Virus record (IMG/VR): IMGVR_UViG_3300032084_001540
Coordinates: 419 to 64,418 of that record
Length of the DNA stretch: 64,000 bases
Strand: one strand, 5' to 3'
Origin: a virus
Lineage: Duplodnaviria; Caudoviricetes
Both the position numbers and the translations under genes were made by a program. Shown here piece by piece: positions 36,920 through 46,207 of the stretch. The notes beneath the pieces were generated by a model that was not told where the DNA came from, searched no databases, and worked only from the letters and a program-made list of their open reading frames with translations. Position 1 is the stretch's first letter. Every line of letters starts with the position of its first letter.

Positions 36920-37608
36920 AGATTAAATTGATCCGAAAGTTCTTGACCTGCTGGAAATTCTGTTACCAACTTTGGTTGATCTTTTCTTTCAGCAAAAATG
37001 TGATAATAAGCATTAATTGGAATGCCACCTCTTGAATCCAAGAAAATAGCAAAGTCCTGAATTCGTTTCACAAAGATATCTTGGAAAGCACCAATAGGAG
37101 TAATACTTACAGTAATTGTTTCTTCATGAACAAGATGTCTCCACTCATCAGGGAGGAAGATAGTATTGGTATTCTTTACCCTACCTCTACAGTACACACC
37201 AATCTCTGGACCCTCCAGGACAGTGTATCTGAGTTTCATCCCCCTCTTATTGGGATCAGGATGATTGATTGTGAATCCACAGACTGCCTTAGAAACAATT
37301 CTGGTGGAAATAATATCACAAACAACATACTTTGATTTTGTCAAAGTATTGACCCAAAGAAACTGATCAATGTGTGCGTCGTCTTTTACTTCAAGACAGA
37401 ATGGTCCAATGGTGGTTCCTCCTCTGGCAAACATCACTGTCCCATAAGCAAGAGGAAAGGCACCTGAAGCTCCAACTTGAAGATGATTCTCCATGTAACT
37501 AGATCCATGAACCTTTAAAGCATCAATTGGTCCGCCAATTGATACACTAGTTTTTGATCCAACATACAAGTGCTTATGCACCTGCTGCTCATCCATACTC
37601 CAACTCAT
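36916..37608 (-). CDS. baseplate/spike-associated protein with C-terminal FxIxHP...EGPE domain
   Basis: FTINHPDP...LRYTVLEGPE..VYCRG. Confidence 0.65.
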   Translation of the reverse strand: MSWSMDEQQVHKHLYVGSKTSVSIGGPIDALKVHGSSYMENHLQVGASGAFPLAYGTVMFARGGTTIGPFCLEVKDDAHIDQFLWVNTLTKSKYVVCDIISTRIVSKAVCGFTINHPDPNKRGMKLRYTVLEGPEIGVYCRGRVKNTNTIFLPDEWRHLVHEETITVSITPIGAFQDIFVKRIQDFAIFLDSRGGIPINAYYHIFAERKDQPKLVTEFPAGQELSDQFNL

Positions 37609-37619
37609 TACTATCCTCC

Positions 37620-38186
37620 TTATGTTGGAATCTTGCCTTGTGTTGCTCCCTGTGAACCATAACGGGAACTATCAGAGACACACTGACCGATACCAGTAAC
37701 CATGTCCAGATATTTATTACCAATAAGTCTAACACATTGTTCGGATTGAAGCAAGACCATTTTCTTGCCCGTGAAGTTAACTTTAGGAGAAGTTCCCTCG
37801 ATTCTGGTGTTTGCCTTCATGGTCAACACACCATCATCCTTATTGTCCCCTTTTGCTTCAATGATTACATTCTTTCCTTGCAATCTCAAGTCACCATTCT
37901 TTGCTGTGATACAAACATCACCATTCTCAACGTGAACATTGTAAGCAATTTCTCCGCGTTCTCTGTCTTCTCCTGTCTTGAACTCCATCTTACCAGGAGC
38001 CTGCATGATGGTTTGACCCTTGGTCGCACCATCTTGGTTCATCATGAAGTAATGTCTAACGTCTGCTTTGCTACCAATAAAAGCAGCAGAGCGAGTCTTG
38101 TCTGGAAGCAAACTCCCAAACGAAATTGAACCATATGCGTTGGCAACCCAACTGGAATATCGTGCGTCTTTATCCGAAGTTGACAT
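37620..38186 (-). CDS. gp5 C-terminal beta-helix-like spike protein
   Basis: Short-period beta repeats (NGDVCITAKNGDLRLQGKNVIIEA) directly downstream of gp5. Confidence 0.5.
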   Translation of the reverse strand: MSTSDKDARYSSWVANAYGSISFGSLLPDKTRSAAFIGSKADVRHYFMMNQDGATKGQTIMQAPGKMEFKTGEDRERGEIAYNVHVENGDVCITAKNGDLRLQGKNVIIEAKGDNKDDGVLTMKANTRIEGTSPKVNFTGKKMVLLQSEQCVRLIGNKYLDMVTGIGQCVSDSSRYGSQGATQGKIPT

Positions 38187-41100
38187 TAATCCTCATCTTT
38201 AACGTTTCTTGTGATATCACTGATTGCATTAAGATCTGGTCCAACACAATCTTTGATACTAACAACATCATCTGGATCAATATTTCTAAGAACTCTATCC
38301 AATGATTGTGCTGGTGTTGTGTCCGTACCTGCGGCTCCAGTTGGACAGACATCCAATACTGGAATAATCACAGCACCAACACCAGTTCTGCTATTTAGTC
38401 TGATTTGTGGAATTTGTTCCCATCCCTCGGTTATGTTCGCGAACTTAATGTCAATGAGTCTGCCGTTAGGATCGAAAATTGGTCTCATATCAACGTCATT
38501 GTCAGGAGAAATAATGATTTCATCACCTGGATTGTATCCAATTCCAGTTCTATCAATCCTAACCCGCTTGAGGCAGAGTTTCTTTTTCTTGCCACTTGAA
38601 GAGAATGGTCCCAACCTTTCGCCAGTTGAAGTCTCAGCACCAGAATCTCTGAAGGGACAAGTAACTGTAGCACCAGTAGGAACCTTATAACAGTCAGTTA
38701 GACCCTTTCCTTCAACATCGATGGTAGTGCTAACGTCTTCATCGACAAATTTTCCAAGGACTTGAGGACTATTTGTTACCATCTGACCTGTATTTGGGTC
38801 TTTTACACTCTTAAATCCAGTGGAAATTGGTCTCCTAGCTTCATCATATGCAATACCAACATATCTACCTTTACTTCTTCTGATGAATCCATCCGCATCA
38901 TCATCCTCATCCTTCTTAAATCTCTGCTTCTTGATTTCATTTGGATCAATCTGATCTCCAGTGTTAGATAATGATGTAATTGTTGATGCAATACCAAGTC
39001 TTGCATTAGTAATAGTGTCTGCTATGTTAGCAATTACAAACTTTGCTTCGCCATTTCCACCAGAAATCGCAACCTCATCTCCTTTCGTATAACCACTACC
39101 AAATTTGTTGTAGATAAATGACTTGATAGATCCATCATCATCATTTGTTGTAATATCAACTGTCAGACCTTGACCAGTTCCACCAACAATAGCAACATTT
39201 TGAGATGATGAGTAACTCTTACCTATAGATACTGATCCATTCTCAGGTAAGATTGGAACACCACCAAGAGGACGACCAGAAATTTTAACAGCATCAGCAA
39301 GAGAAAGTTGTTGAGTAACCGTCTTCAATTTAATCAAGAAATCTCCATCACCAGGAAATTTTGCATTTGTCAGAATACCATCGGTAAATGTAGCTGTGCC
39401 ATTTAGATCTGGTGCTTGATTCCTTGATAAAGATCTATCATCAGAAGATGTAGCATTACCAGGAAGAGTTACAAAAGTGTTGGTAGGAAAGTAAAGACAC
39501 GTATCATCTTGGACTCTTAAAATAGTTCCAGGGTCATATACAAACCAGTCACCAGTGCCAGTCTTAATTACAGTTTGATCATTTCTAGCATAGATTGATC
39601 CATTACCACTTAAACTGCCATCTGGTTTTTGTAAATATCCAAATCCAGTTTCGATAACATCAACTCTAACAACTTTACCAAAGGTTTCTGAATTCTTGGG
39701 AAGTTTATTACCTTCTTCATCATATACCTGCTCTCCGCCAATAGCAAAGATTCTCTCTCCCCTATAATTATAGATTTTTTCAAGTGGATTAGCTGTCTGA
39801 TATTCTAGATCGACTTTTGCCTCAATGTATGCACCTCTACCAGGACCAGGAGCATTAACAACAACAGAAGGATTTCTAATGTATCCTCTACCAGGATCAG
39901 TAATGTCAACCGAAACAATTTCCCCATCATCATTAATAACAGGATCTAACTTTGCTTTTGAGAAACCACCAACATCTCCTGTGCCACCAGTGTCACCATC
40001 ACCTGGTGTTGGAAGTGGAGGTGGTGGTGTATCTCCCCCATTAGAAGGAGGTTTGATTGGTGAAGGTGATGGACGGTTTGGCGGTCCTCCACCTTGAACT
40101 TCTAGACTTGGTGCTGTGGTTGGAACTGGGCCAGTATTACAAGCACCCAATCCGCTAGTAAATACATCAGTTAAAGATGTTCCCAATGCAGCAGCATCAG
40201 CAGCAGCATCACCTACACCGTTAATAGAATCCTTGAGTGCCTTTGCAGAATCTGCGATTGATAGGATTGCACTGAAATCAATAGGAACAGAAAATCCTTG
40301 ACCAGTCAAAAGATTTGAAACAGTTGTCTCTGCCAGTGCTGAAAGTTCTTCACAAGAGAAAAGAGAAGATGCATTAAAAGAACTGATGAAGTCAAGAGCA
40401 CCACCGATAGCACCAGCAATTCCACCGATAGCACCGATAACACCCTCAATAGCACCTAAGATACCACTAATTGCTCCAGAGATTGTGGATAAAAGATTTC
40501 CTAAGATATCACCAATGATGTTTTCAAGGACACAGGTTGCAAAGTTGATTAGTTTATTTGCTTGATCTTTCAAAAACCCAAGTACAAAGTCAAGAAGTGT
40601 GTCAATGATAGCATCAAATACACAACCTAAAGCATCCATGGCAGTCTCTGCCGTGTCTTTTGCTTTCGGTCTCAAAGTAGCATCAATATTCGCAATCAGC
40701 AATCCAGACACTTCAGAGAACTTGGCAAGAATAGTTCCTCTTGCTTTATCAATTAAGTCCTTAATAAAAGAAGCAATATCACCTGCCGCCTTCATCTGTT
40801 CTTTATTCAGATCGCCAATGAATCCAAGAGCTTGATCAACATAAACTCCATTGAAGTTCTTAATTGCCTTACTGAGTTTTGACACTCTCTTCATGGCAAC
40901 TTCCATGCCGACAGAAGAGTTGTCTTCTACGGGTGCTTCTGCTGGTTTTACTTCACCAGTAGCATCATCATGTTCTACTCTTGCTTGATCTCCTGCACTC
41001 AGAATGTCTTTGTTTACCGCACTACCAGCAGACTCATTTAAAACTATGTCATTGGTGATGTTATTTGATTGAGTTGGTCCTGGAGCTCCACCACCAGCAA

Positions 41101-41617
41101 GTGCTGTGCTACTAGAGTTTCCAGCAGATGACGAGATAGCAGACTGGTTTTTAATATCGGGTTGACCAGGAGCAACCCCATTGCTATATCCAGAGAAGGG
41201 AACAAATCCTACACTGGGTATTTGAGTACCAAAGTTCTCTTGTGCTGATTTATCCAGAACACCCAATACACATGGTTGCTGTGCATCTTCACCGTCAATG
41301 AAGAATCCAAAAACAAACTCTCCACCAGAAAGGTTTGCTGATTGGGACATACCACCACTACCTGATCCAGCAGTGATGGGGAAGATACAATATGCCCAAG
41401 GCAGATCATCATCAGTCAGAGTTAATGGGTCTGCTGTATGATATCCAAAAATTCTAACCTTTACTCTTCTCTTAAAACCAGGAAGAGAATCTCCAGAACC
41501 AGCAGAGTATCCTGGCACATTGGCTGCCCAAGCTTCAGACTGAACAACTTGTCCAATCCACCAATGAAATCCATCTCTACCGATAAAATGTTTTTTAAGT
41601 AGACTCTCTTCGATCAT
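38186..41617 (-). CDS. gp5: baseplate hub subunit gp5
   Basis: GRDGFHWWIGQV...RVKVRIFGYH...LPWA...VFGFFIDGEDAQQP.VLG OB-fold. Confidence 0.85.
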   Translation of the reverse strand: MIEESLLKKHFIGRDGFHWWIGQVVQSEAWAANVPGYSAGSGDSLPGFKRRVKVRIFGYHTADPLTLTDDDLPWAYCIFPITAGSGSGGMSQSANLSGGEFVFGFFIDGEDAQQPCVLGVLDKSAQENFGTQIPSVGFVPFSGYSNGVAPGQPDIKNQSAISSSAGNSSSTALAGGGAPGPTQSNNITNDIVLNESAGSAVNKDILSAGDQARVEHDDATGEVKPAEAPVEDNSSVGMEVAMKRVSKLSKAIKNFNGVYVDQALGFIGDLNKEQMKAAGDIASFIKDLIDKARGTILAKFSEVSGLLIANIDATLRPKAKDTAETAMDALGCVFDAIIDTLLDFVLGFLKDQANKLINFATCVLENIIGDILGNLLSTISGAISGILGAIEGVIGAIGGIAGAIGGALDFISSFNASSLFSCEELSALAETTVSNLLTGQGFSVPIDFSAILSIADSAKALKDSINGVGDAAADAAALGTSLTDVFTSGLGACNTGPVPTTAPSLEVQGGGPPNRPSPSPIKPPSNGGDTPPPPLPTPGDGDTGGTGDVGGFSKAKLDPVINDDGEIVSVDITDPGRGYIRNPSVVVNAPGPGRGAYIEAKVDLEYQTANPLEKIYNYRGERIFAIGGEQVYDEEGNKLPKNSETFGKVVRVDVIETGFGYLQKPDGSLSGNGSIYARNDQTVIKTGTGDWFVYDPGTILRVQDDTCLYFPTNTFVTLPGNATSSDDRSLSRNQAPDLNGTATFTDGILTNAKFPGDGDFLIKLKTVTQQLSLADAVKISGRPLGGVPILPENGSVSIGKSYSSSQNVAIVGGTGQGLTVDITTNDDDGSIKSFIYNKFGSGYTKGDEVAISGGNGEAKFVIANIADTITNARLGIASTITSLSNTGDQIDPNEIKKQRFKKDEDDDADGFIRRSKGRYVGIAYDEARRPISTGFKSVKDPNTGQMVTNSPQVLGKFVDEDVSTTIDVEGKGLTDCYKVPTGATVTCPFRDSGAETSTGERLGPFSSSGKKKKLCLKRVRIDRTGIGYNPGDEIIISPDNDVDMRPIFDPNGRLIDIKFANITEGWEQIPQIRLNSRTGVGAVIIPVLDVCPTGAAGTDTTPAQSLDRVLRNIDPDDVVSIKDCVGPDLNAISDITRNVKDED

Positions 41618-41619
41618 TA

Positions 41620-41847
41620 TTAATCCTCGTAAATTCTACATTCGTCTGCATCAGGTTCCATCTCACAGAAAAGTTCGAGTGCAGTTGGATCATGATGATC
41701 TCCTGCCTCAATTTCTTCTTTGTGGTTTTCTGCATAAACTTCAAGTTCATGAAGTTCACCTTCAATATGACGACGTTGGTTAGGAGAAGTCATAGGATTG
41801 TCAAGGATCTCTTTGTCCTTTGCAATGTGAGTTTCGATGTTTTCCAT
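41620..41847 (-). CDS. cp12: CP12 Calvin-cycle regulator
   Basis: C-terminal LELFCEMEPDADECRIYED signature; ATAAATA at 41861-41867. Confidence 0.9.
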   Translation of the reverse strand: MENIETHIAKDKEILDNPMTSPNQRRHIEGELHELEVYAENHKEEIEAGDHHDPTALELFCEMEPDADECRIYED

Positions 41848-41863
41848 AATGGTTTTCTGTTAT

Positions 41864-43174
41864 TTATTCGGGGTCATTGTAAGAATCTCGTATTAGCATA
41901 AGTGATGTCGCTGGATCATTCTTAGTTACTGAATGACATAGAGACGCAATCAAATACTTTCCGCTCTTCTTCTTGTCATACTTTGTTGGCTTGCCTCCTT
42001 CTGCTTGAGGAAAAGAAATATCAATGATGTCTCCTGCCTTTAAACTTAAGTCAAGATCCATCTGAACATAATGCTTAACTTGATATGCCTGGTTGTATCT
42101 CATTAGAGATTGTACCATGGCAGCACCAGCCTTCATATTCTGTGCTTGTTTATCAGAATTCCAATTTGATAATTGCTCCTCTGCATTCTTTCCTGATGGT
42201 AATGTGCCATTGTCAAGAATAGCCGTCATTAATCTAGTGACTTCTTGAAACTCCTCAGCAACAAAGTCTGGTTTCTTTGCAGCAGTTGTAATCTTGTCCT
42301 TCTGATCATTCATCAAAGAAAACTCTTTGACAAATGCCTCAAATTTGTAGAAGTCAAAGAATAATGATCGGTTTGCATAGACACCAAGTGCTAAGTTCTG
42401 CTGTAGATCTAAAGCATTGGATATACTATACTCGTAAATCTTTCTTTTTTCACCTTCGCCGTCAGGATATGGTGACTCAGAGTAGAAATATTTCTGAATT
42501 GGTTCCTGATCGAACAGACTATCTATAGACTTAAAATTGAACCCTTCTGCATTCATAAAGAATAAGAATCCAGCAGATGCATTATACTCACCACTCTTCT
42601 CTGGAATAGATTTATTTGCTAACCAAGAACAGGTCCAGAATGGTTTTCTATCATTACCAATAAAATTATACTGATTTATTGTGCTTTCAATATTCTTTGC
42701 TTGATAAAACGATGTCTTTAACCTTTCAGACAATATAGTTGTTACAGAATCATTAATCTTGCCCTCATATCTTTTCACAACTCTGGTCTGCTCGTTTGAT
42801 AAGTATTCTTTGGCACATAGATGCAAGGCAAACATAGTCTTGTTAGTGTCTTCTACTTGGCCACTGATTTTATTAACATACAAAGAAGAGTCGCCAACAA
42901 ATTTTAATTCTCTCTCGTACTTATCTTTAATAATTCCAGTAAGTTGTTCTCCACCTCTGATCGGCAAACCCTCAATAGTGTTTGCAAGTTTACCGTCATC
43001 CTCAATAGACTGATTAGTTTCTGATACTCCAATATCAGCAGTAATCGTCGGTGACATAATATTTTCATAGTAATTGAACTCAACAGTTCCTGGTCTGAGA
43101 TCAATATCTCTGCCTGGATCTTTACTTGAAAAAATTGTTAGCGACTTTATATCGCCTCGTTTTTGACTACTCAT
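41864..43174 (-). CDS. baseplate hub / tail protein (gp27-like, tentative)
   Basis: YYENIMSP start, GFLFF...GFNFKSID, SGKYLIASLCH end; position upstream of gp5. Confidence 0.55.
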   Translation of the reverse strand: MSSQKRGDIKSLTIFSSKDPGRDIDLRPGTVEFNYYENIMSPTITADIGVSETNQSIEDDGKLANTIEGLPIRGGEQLTGIIKDKYERELKFVGDSSLYVNKISGQVEDTNKTMFALHLCAKEYLSNEQTRVVKRYEGKINDSVTTILSERLKTSFYQAKNIESTINQYNFIGNDRKPFWTCSWLANKSIPEKSGEYNASAGFLFFMNAEGFNFKSIDSLFDQEPIQKYFYSESPYPDGEGEKRKIYEYSISNALDLQQNLALGVYANRSLFFDFYKFEAFVKEFSLMNDQKDKITTAAKKPDFVAEEFQEVTRLMTAILDNGTLPSGKNAEEQLSNWNSDKQAQNMKAGAAMVQSLMRYNQAYQVKHYVQMDLDLSLKAGDIIDISFPQAEGGKPTKYDKKKSGKYLIASLCHSVTKNDPATSLMLIRDSYNDPE

Positions 43175-46100
43175 TGTCTCTGCAAGAATCCTAAGAGTTG
43201 TGCTTTGTAGAATGCTTCAATACTCTCCTTCTTATTTAACCCTGTTCGAGCACCAACATTTCCACCACCATCACTACCGCCACGATTACCGCCACCACTA
43301 CCAGGTCCACCAATTGGCATTGGTATAAACATCGATGATGGCTGCTTCATTCCAGAAGAGATCTTTTCATACTCAGTCATTTGAGATATTGATGCTGCCT
43401 TTTGTCCTGGTTTCATTGATGGAGCAGCACTAAAACCACCAGCAGTAGTCTGAGAACCACCTCCAGAGGAAGAACTAGAAGAAGAACTAGAAGAAGAACT
43501 AGATGATTTCACCGCGCTCAGTGCTGCAGCTGCATCATTATCTGGAGTTGCCGTTCTGGTGGAGGGAGTAATATCACCAGCATCCGCCATCTCTGTCTCA
43601 GTTACCTGTAGAGAATCTACATCTTTCTGATCCCCAGTAACACCAGAATACTGATTCATTAACCTCTTCAGAGAAGAAGAATACTGCGGATCAGTAGCAT
43701 ATCCCTCTGCCCTCAGTTTATCAGCAGCAGCAAAAGCAGACGGTGCTTTATTAACACCTGTATATCCTCTATAGTCTTTATACCACTGCTTGACTAAATG
43801 ATTAACAGCATCTTGTGGTTCGTTAAAGTTTTTAAATCTTTCATCCATATAAACACTTTGACCATTAATAACCTCTCTTGTGTTACTAACTGTGGCAGAT
43901 TCTGAGGAGGTAGCCTTGATGCCGAAGAAATTGTTTTTGGCAGATAACGCAGTACCCCAGGCAGACTCTAAAGCAAATTGTGCTGCGATTAACTGTGGGA
44001 ACATTGCTCCTGCCTTCTGACCCATAGCATAAAAAGCCTTCCATTTCTCTTCATTAGTGCCCTTTACATTACCACCACTAATGATTTTTTTGTTTGGTCC
44101 CGTAGGTCCTGTATTGCCAATACCATCGCCTCCATTTCCACCACCCATACTTTTAATACCAGATGTAATACCAGATACCATACTGCCAATACCATCACCA
44201 ATCTTACCAAAGAATCCTTTCTCCTCTCCAGCACCCTCATTGTCTGCTGGTGGACTCTCTTTTGGTGTTTTGGGTGCTTTGCTTGTAGATGACCCACCAA
44301 ATATTCCAGGCAAGAATGATTTTCCTACATGAGGGAGCAAGAATGGTAATCCAGGAGGTGATAGTAATAAAAGATTTGGAACTTTTTTCAGTGCTCCGTT
44401 GTTAATAAATTTATCCATTCCAGGAATGAACTTAGCAAAACTTCCCAGAATTTCTTGTATACCAGGCATGGAATCAAAGATTCCTCTAATAGAAAATCCT
44501 TCCTTCAAGGCAGTCTTCCATTCTGTGGGAATTCCAGGAATCAGATCAATTGCTCCATGAACAGATCCAAAAGGACCTTTAGGCATTTTCACCTCAAAGT
44601 TCATCATCGCCTTGTAAATGGGATTGATGGATAACATATCAGCAAAGATTTTTCCTGGTCTGATGTCAGGAACATCTACCGTTGGAAAGTTTTCAAAGAA
44701 TCTAACAGCACCATCTTTTAAGAAATTAAATGCAGCACCAGCAACATTCAGAGCAGCAGCAATATCACTCTGTAGTCTTTCTCCCAATTTAGAAATTCCG
44801 CCGCCCATAATCAGGACATGCATCAAATCACCAACATATTCACCGACAAGTTCACCAAGAATCGTACCCAATACTGGAATTGGAATAAATGATCCCAAGA
44901 AACCACCCAATGCAGCACCAACTCCTTTGAATAGTGCCTTACCAATACCTTCTCCAGCAAGAATTGATGCTACAGCAATAATGAGAGGACCCACAATCGG
45001 AATCCTACCAAACATTTTGGAAACTCCCTTCATGGCTGATTTGCCAAACAATTTGATTCCAAATCTATTGGCAGATTTTGCTATACCACCCTTAAATATT
45101 TTACTACCTGCTTTACTGCCACCAAGAGATCCTGTTTGTGGTGCTGCTGTAATTTTACCAGACTCAATGAGTTTTGTAACATGTGCCTTACCAGTGGTTA
45201 ATGCCTGAGTTGGAGTTCTTCCTGCCTGAATCGCCTTATCGTACTTAGCTTGGAAAGCATTAGCAGCATTATGCCCAAACTTTCTCTGTATGCTCGCAGC
45301 TGGTTTTGGACGACCAGTAGGAGACATCCCAGGTGGTTTGATCTTAGGTTGCGTGGGTTTTGGTAATGTGGGTTTTGTTGGTTTTACTCCTGGTTTATTT
45401 TTGTTACCTCTGTTGAATGGATTCATATCCATTGCCAACATTGCTGAACCAACAATGATAGCAGCGTTGATTAGATGAACTAGTTTGTCAGAGATGCTCG
45501 CCACCGCATTCAGAGCGTCTTCTCCAAATGTATCTCCGATCCACCCAACAGTTGCATCATAAGCATCCATACCCCAAGATACGAACGTTATGAGACCATT
45601 TAATATCTTACCACCAATATCTAAAATAAACTTTAGTGCATTAATAACTCCCATGAGAATGGGTTTAAGCTGGTCAACAAATGGTAATAGTCTCATCAAA
45701 AGACCATAACCAATCATGGTTGCGATACCACTCAATATCCTTTCAAAAAAACTTTTTGGTTTAGGGAGTGTTAATCCTTTAGTTTTTTTGCCAATCTTTT
45801 TTACTTCACGTTCATCTTCACCCTTATTTCCTTTCTGTTTTTCTATTAGTTTTGTTCTTTTCTTGGCAATATCTGCCTTTGATTTAATTCTTGTCTTAAA
45901 GTACGACTCAATATTGACTACAGATACTCTTATCTTCTCTACACGAATTAATTTTGGATCACCACCACTAACAGAAGCAATCTTTTTCTCAGGATTTCCA
46001 GTTACACTAGGACTAAATGCAACAATAGCAGAACTTCTTGGGCTAGCGCCAGGAGCAGTTCTTACAAGACCACGACCTTCTTCTTTTCTTTCGGATGGTT

Positions 46101-46203
46101 TTGTCTGGAATGACTTTCTTATAGCACCCTTCTTGCCAGCACCAGTCACAGACTTGGTGATGGCACCTTTTGCTAATCCTGCTGCTAATGCTGGTATTGC
46201 CAT
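43171..46203 (-). CDS. tape-measure/ejection-like protein with GH73 glucosaminidase domain
   Basis: Helical and hydrophobic N-terminal half; AQFALESAWG...NNFFGIKA...GYATDPQY. Confidence 0.75.
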   Translation of the reverse strand: MAIPALAAGLAKGAITKSVTGAGKKGAIRKSFQTKPSERKEEGRGLVRTAPGASPRSSAIVAFSPSVTGNPEKKIASVSGGDPKLIRVEKIRVSVVNIESYFKTRIKSKADIAKKRTKLIEKQKGNKGEDEREVKKIGKKTKGLTLPKPKSFFERILSGIATMIGYGLLMRLLPFVDQLKPILMGVINALKFILDIGGKILNGLITFVSWGMDAYDATVGWIGDTFGEDALNAVASISDKLVHLINAAIIVGSAMLAMDMNPFNRGNKNKPGVKPTKPTLPKPTQPKIKPPGMSPTGRPKPAASIQRKFGHNAANAFQAKYDKAIQAGRTPTQALTTGKAHVTKLIESGKITAAPQTGSLGGSKAGSKIFKGGIAKSANRFGIKLFGKSAMKGVSKMFGRIPIVGPLIIAVASILAGEGIGKALFKGVGAALGGFLGSFIPIPVLGTILGELVGEYVGDLMHVLIMGGGISKLGERLQSDIAAALNVAGAAFNFLKDGAVRFFENFPTVDVPDIRPGKIFADMLSINPIYKAMMNFEVKMPKGPFGSVHGAIDLIPGIPTEWKTALKEGFSIRGIFDSMPGIQEILGSFAKFIPGMDKFINNGALKKVPNLLLLSPPGLPFLLPHVGKSFLPGIFGGSSTSKAPKTPKESPPADNEGAGEEKGFFGKIGDGIGSMVSGITSGIKSMGGGNGGDGIGNTGPTGPNKKIISGGNVKGTNEEKWKAFYAMGQKAGAMFPQLIAAQFALESAWGTALSAKNNFFGIKATSSESATVSNTREVINGQSVYMDERFKNFNEPQDAVNHLVKQWYKDYRGYTGVNKAPSAFAAADKLRAEGYATDPQYSSSLKRLMNQYSGVTGDQKDVDSLQVTETEMADAGDITPSTRTATPDNDAAAALSAVKSSSSSSSSSSSSSSGGGSQTTAGGFSAAPSMKPGQKAASISQMTEYEKISSGMKQPSSMFIPMPIGGPGSGGGNRGGSDGGGNVGARTGLNKKESIEAFYKAQLLGFLQRQ
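43469..43503. repeat. 12-bp tandem repeat (about 3 copies) encoding poly-Ser
   Basis: gaagaactagaa x about 3. Confidence 0.85.
43501..43557. repeat. 57-bp direct repeat, copy 1
   Basis: 52/57 identical to 46556-46612. Confidence 0.9.
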
Positions 46204-46207
46204 ATTA

